Part shown: positions 63,900-64,000 of the stretch, in pieces
Numbering within the stretch: position 1 is the first letter of the stretch
Layout of the letters: each line of letters opens with the position of its first letter
Source of the DNA: Euglena gracilis
Taxonomy: Eukaryota
Assembly (NCBI GenBank): GCA_039621445.1
Contig: CP154954.1
Location: 11,588,716 to 11,652,715, forward strand
Reading direction: 5' to 3'
Length of the DNA stretch: 64,000 nucleotides
The notes under the pieces: model-generated
What the model was told of the DNA's origin: nothing
What the model saw: only the letters and a program-made list of their open reading frames with translations
Databases searched by the model: none
Position numbers and translations under genes: made by a program

Positions 63900-63961
63900 G
63901 ACATACAAACCCCCTGCCCGGTGTCTCCTGATCAGGGCGTTGCTGAAGGAAGGACCCCCCC
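42510..63961 (-). CDS. Receptor-type class III adenylate cyclase (Cys-rich CxxCPxG extracellular repeats, single TM, cytosolic cyclase domain); 5' part lies beyond the window, 3' end not resolved
   Basis: Exons: 63920-63961?, ~63180-63292?, ~62412-62514, 61647-~61746, 60641-60736, 59785-59886 ([23 protein letters not shown]), 58210-58298, 57532-57616, 53481-53514, 52712-52885, 49933-49966, 48546-48578, 47805-47938, 46972-47029, ~45631-45725, micro-exon ~44600-44620?, 44045-~44255, 43424-43450, ~42510-42712. Catalytic motifs: [75 protein letters not shown]. Confidence 0.87.
45726..46971 (-). other. Non-conventional intron (cyclase)
   Basis: GAC CAGG ... CCTG CGGGC|G; removal gives VLPE-GPLAKR. 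Confidence 0.8.
45851..45912. repeat. Tandem GCGGTCGGC(C/T) 10-mer
   Basis: About 6 copies; more at 46335-46375, followed by (TGGGT)n at 46411-46443. Confidence 0.85.
47030..47804 (-). other. Non-conventional intron (cyclase)
   Basis: GGC CAGGC ... GCCTG CCATC|G; removal gives DLG-LQPLRG. Confidence 0.85.
47246..47413. mobile_element. Short copy of the GGGAAACTGTCA MITE family
   Basis: TACCTACCCC...GGGAAACTGTCA ... TGACAGTTTCCCAGGAGGGGTAGGTA. Confidence 0.8.
48676..49019. mobile_element. Copy of the CAGGGTTCGATATAAGG MITE family
   Basis: CAGGGTTTGATATAAGG ... CCTTGTATCGAACCCTG; interior similar to 29727-30171; TSD not retained. Confidence 0.75.
49419..49740. mobile_element. TA-flanked MITE
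   Basis: Homologous to 24576-24988 (shared GGTGGCCTCTATGACCTTCGGCGGCCTTCAATTGTGG). Confidence 0.75.
49967..52711 (-). other. Intermediate intron (GT 5' end, non-AG 3' end with stem)
   Basis: T|GTG CCGGGGGTG ... CACCTCCTG GCGTC|G; removal gives WNGL-RVRTG. Confidence 0.85.
52165..52515. repeat. Hairpin + TTAGGG-containing dispersed repeat (two tandem units)
   Basis: TCCCAACTATATG hairpin, T-tract, GATGGA(G/A)TAGGGTTAGGG; related copy at 63460-63640. Confidence 0.75.
52886..53480 (-). other. Non-conventional intron (cyclase)
   Basis: GAG CAGGC ... GCCTG GCGCG|G; removal gives EVK-TIGD. Confidence 0.88.
55690..56012. repeat. Degenerate TGCATCTTGTCCAGTATC minisatellite
   Basis: Directly visible; explains the repetitive ORFs in the track. 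Confidence 0.85.
56259..56869. mobile_element. TA-flanked MITE (TTGTCCAACGACC family)
   Basis: TACCTCCCCCCCCTTGTCCAACGACC ... GGTCGTTGGACAGGGGGGGAGGTGTA; short relatives near 24325-24378, 34979-35072, 37670-37790. Confidence 0.7.
60737..61646 (-). other. Intermediate intron (GT 5' end, non-AG 3' end with stem)
   Basis: GTC CAAGGC ... GCCTTG CTGCC|G; removal gives YSDS-PGQG. Confidence 0.75.
63640..63897. repeat. (TA)n microsatellite
   Basis: Directly visible; also at 63355-63450. Confidence 0.95.
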
Positions 63962-64000
63962 CTGTGTGCACTGTGAATGTTTTTTTTGTGCCTTTTATTC

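Overview
Eukaryotic nuclear DNA with the signature of a euglenid (Euglena-like) genome. Short GC-rich exons (about 25-175 nt) are scattered through large introns full of microsatellites and MITE-like inverted-repeat elements. Three spliced genes lie in tandem on the minus strand: (1) a D-3-phosphoglycerate dehydrogenase-family gene (about 27121->2938) with a tripartite plastid-targeting presequence; (2) a bacterial-type ComB/2-phosphosulfolactate-phosphatase-family gene (about 38587->29374); (3) a receptor-type class III adenylate cyclase with Cys-rich extracellular repeats and one TM helix (from beyond 64000 to about 42500). Introns are a mix of GT-AG and euglenid non-conventional introns, in which +4..+6 pairs with -8..-6, typically CAG/CTG. 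Main observation: free MITEs here have CAG...CTG termini with 8-bp target-site duplications (hAT-type), and one non-conventional intron (12039-15416) is itself such an insertion, with a perfect CCGCCGGA duplication. The 3+5 unpaired nt of the intron consensus equal one 8-bp TSD, which suggests hAT-type elements act as intron generators. Exon boundaries were inferred by hand and some are approximate.
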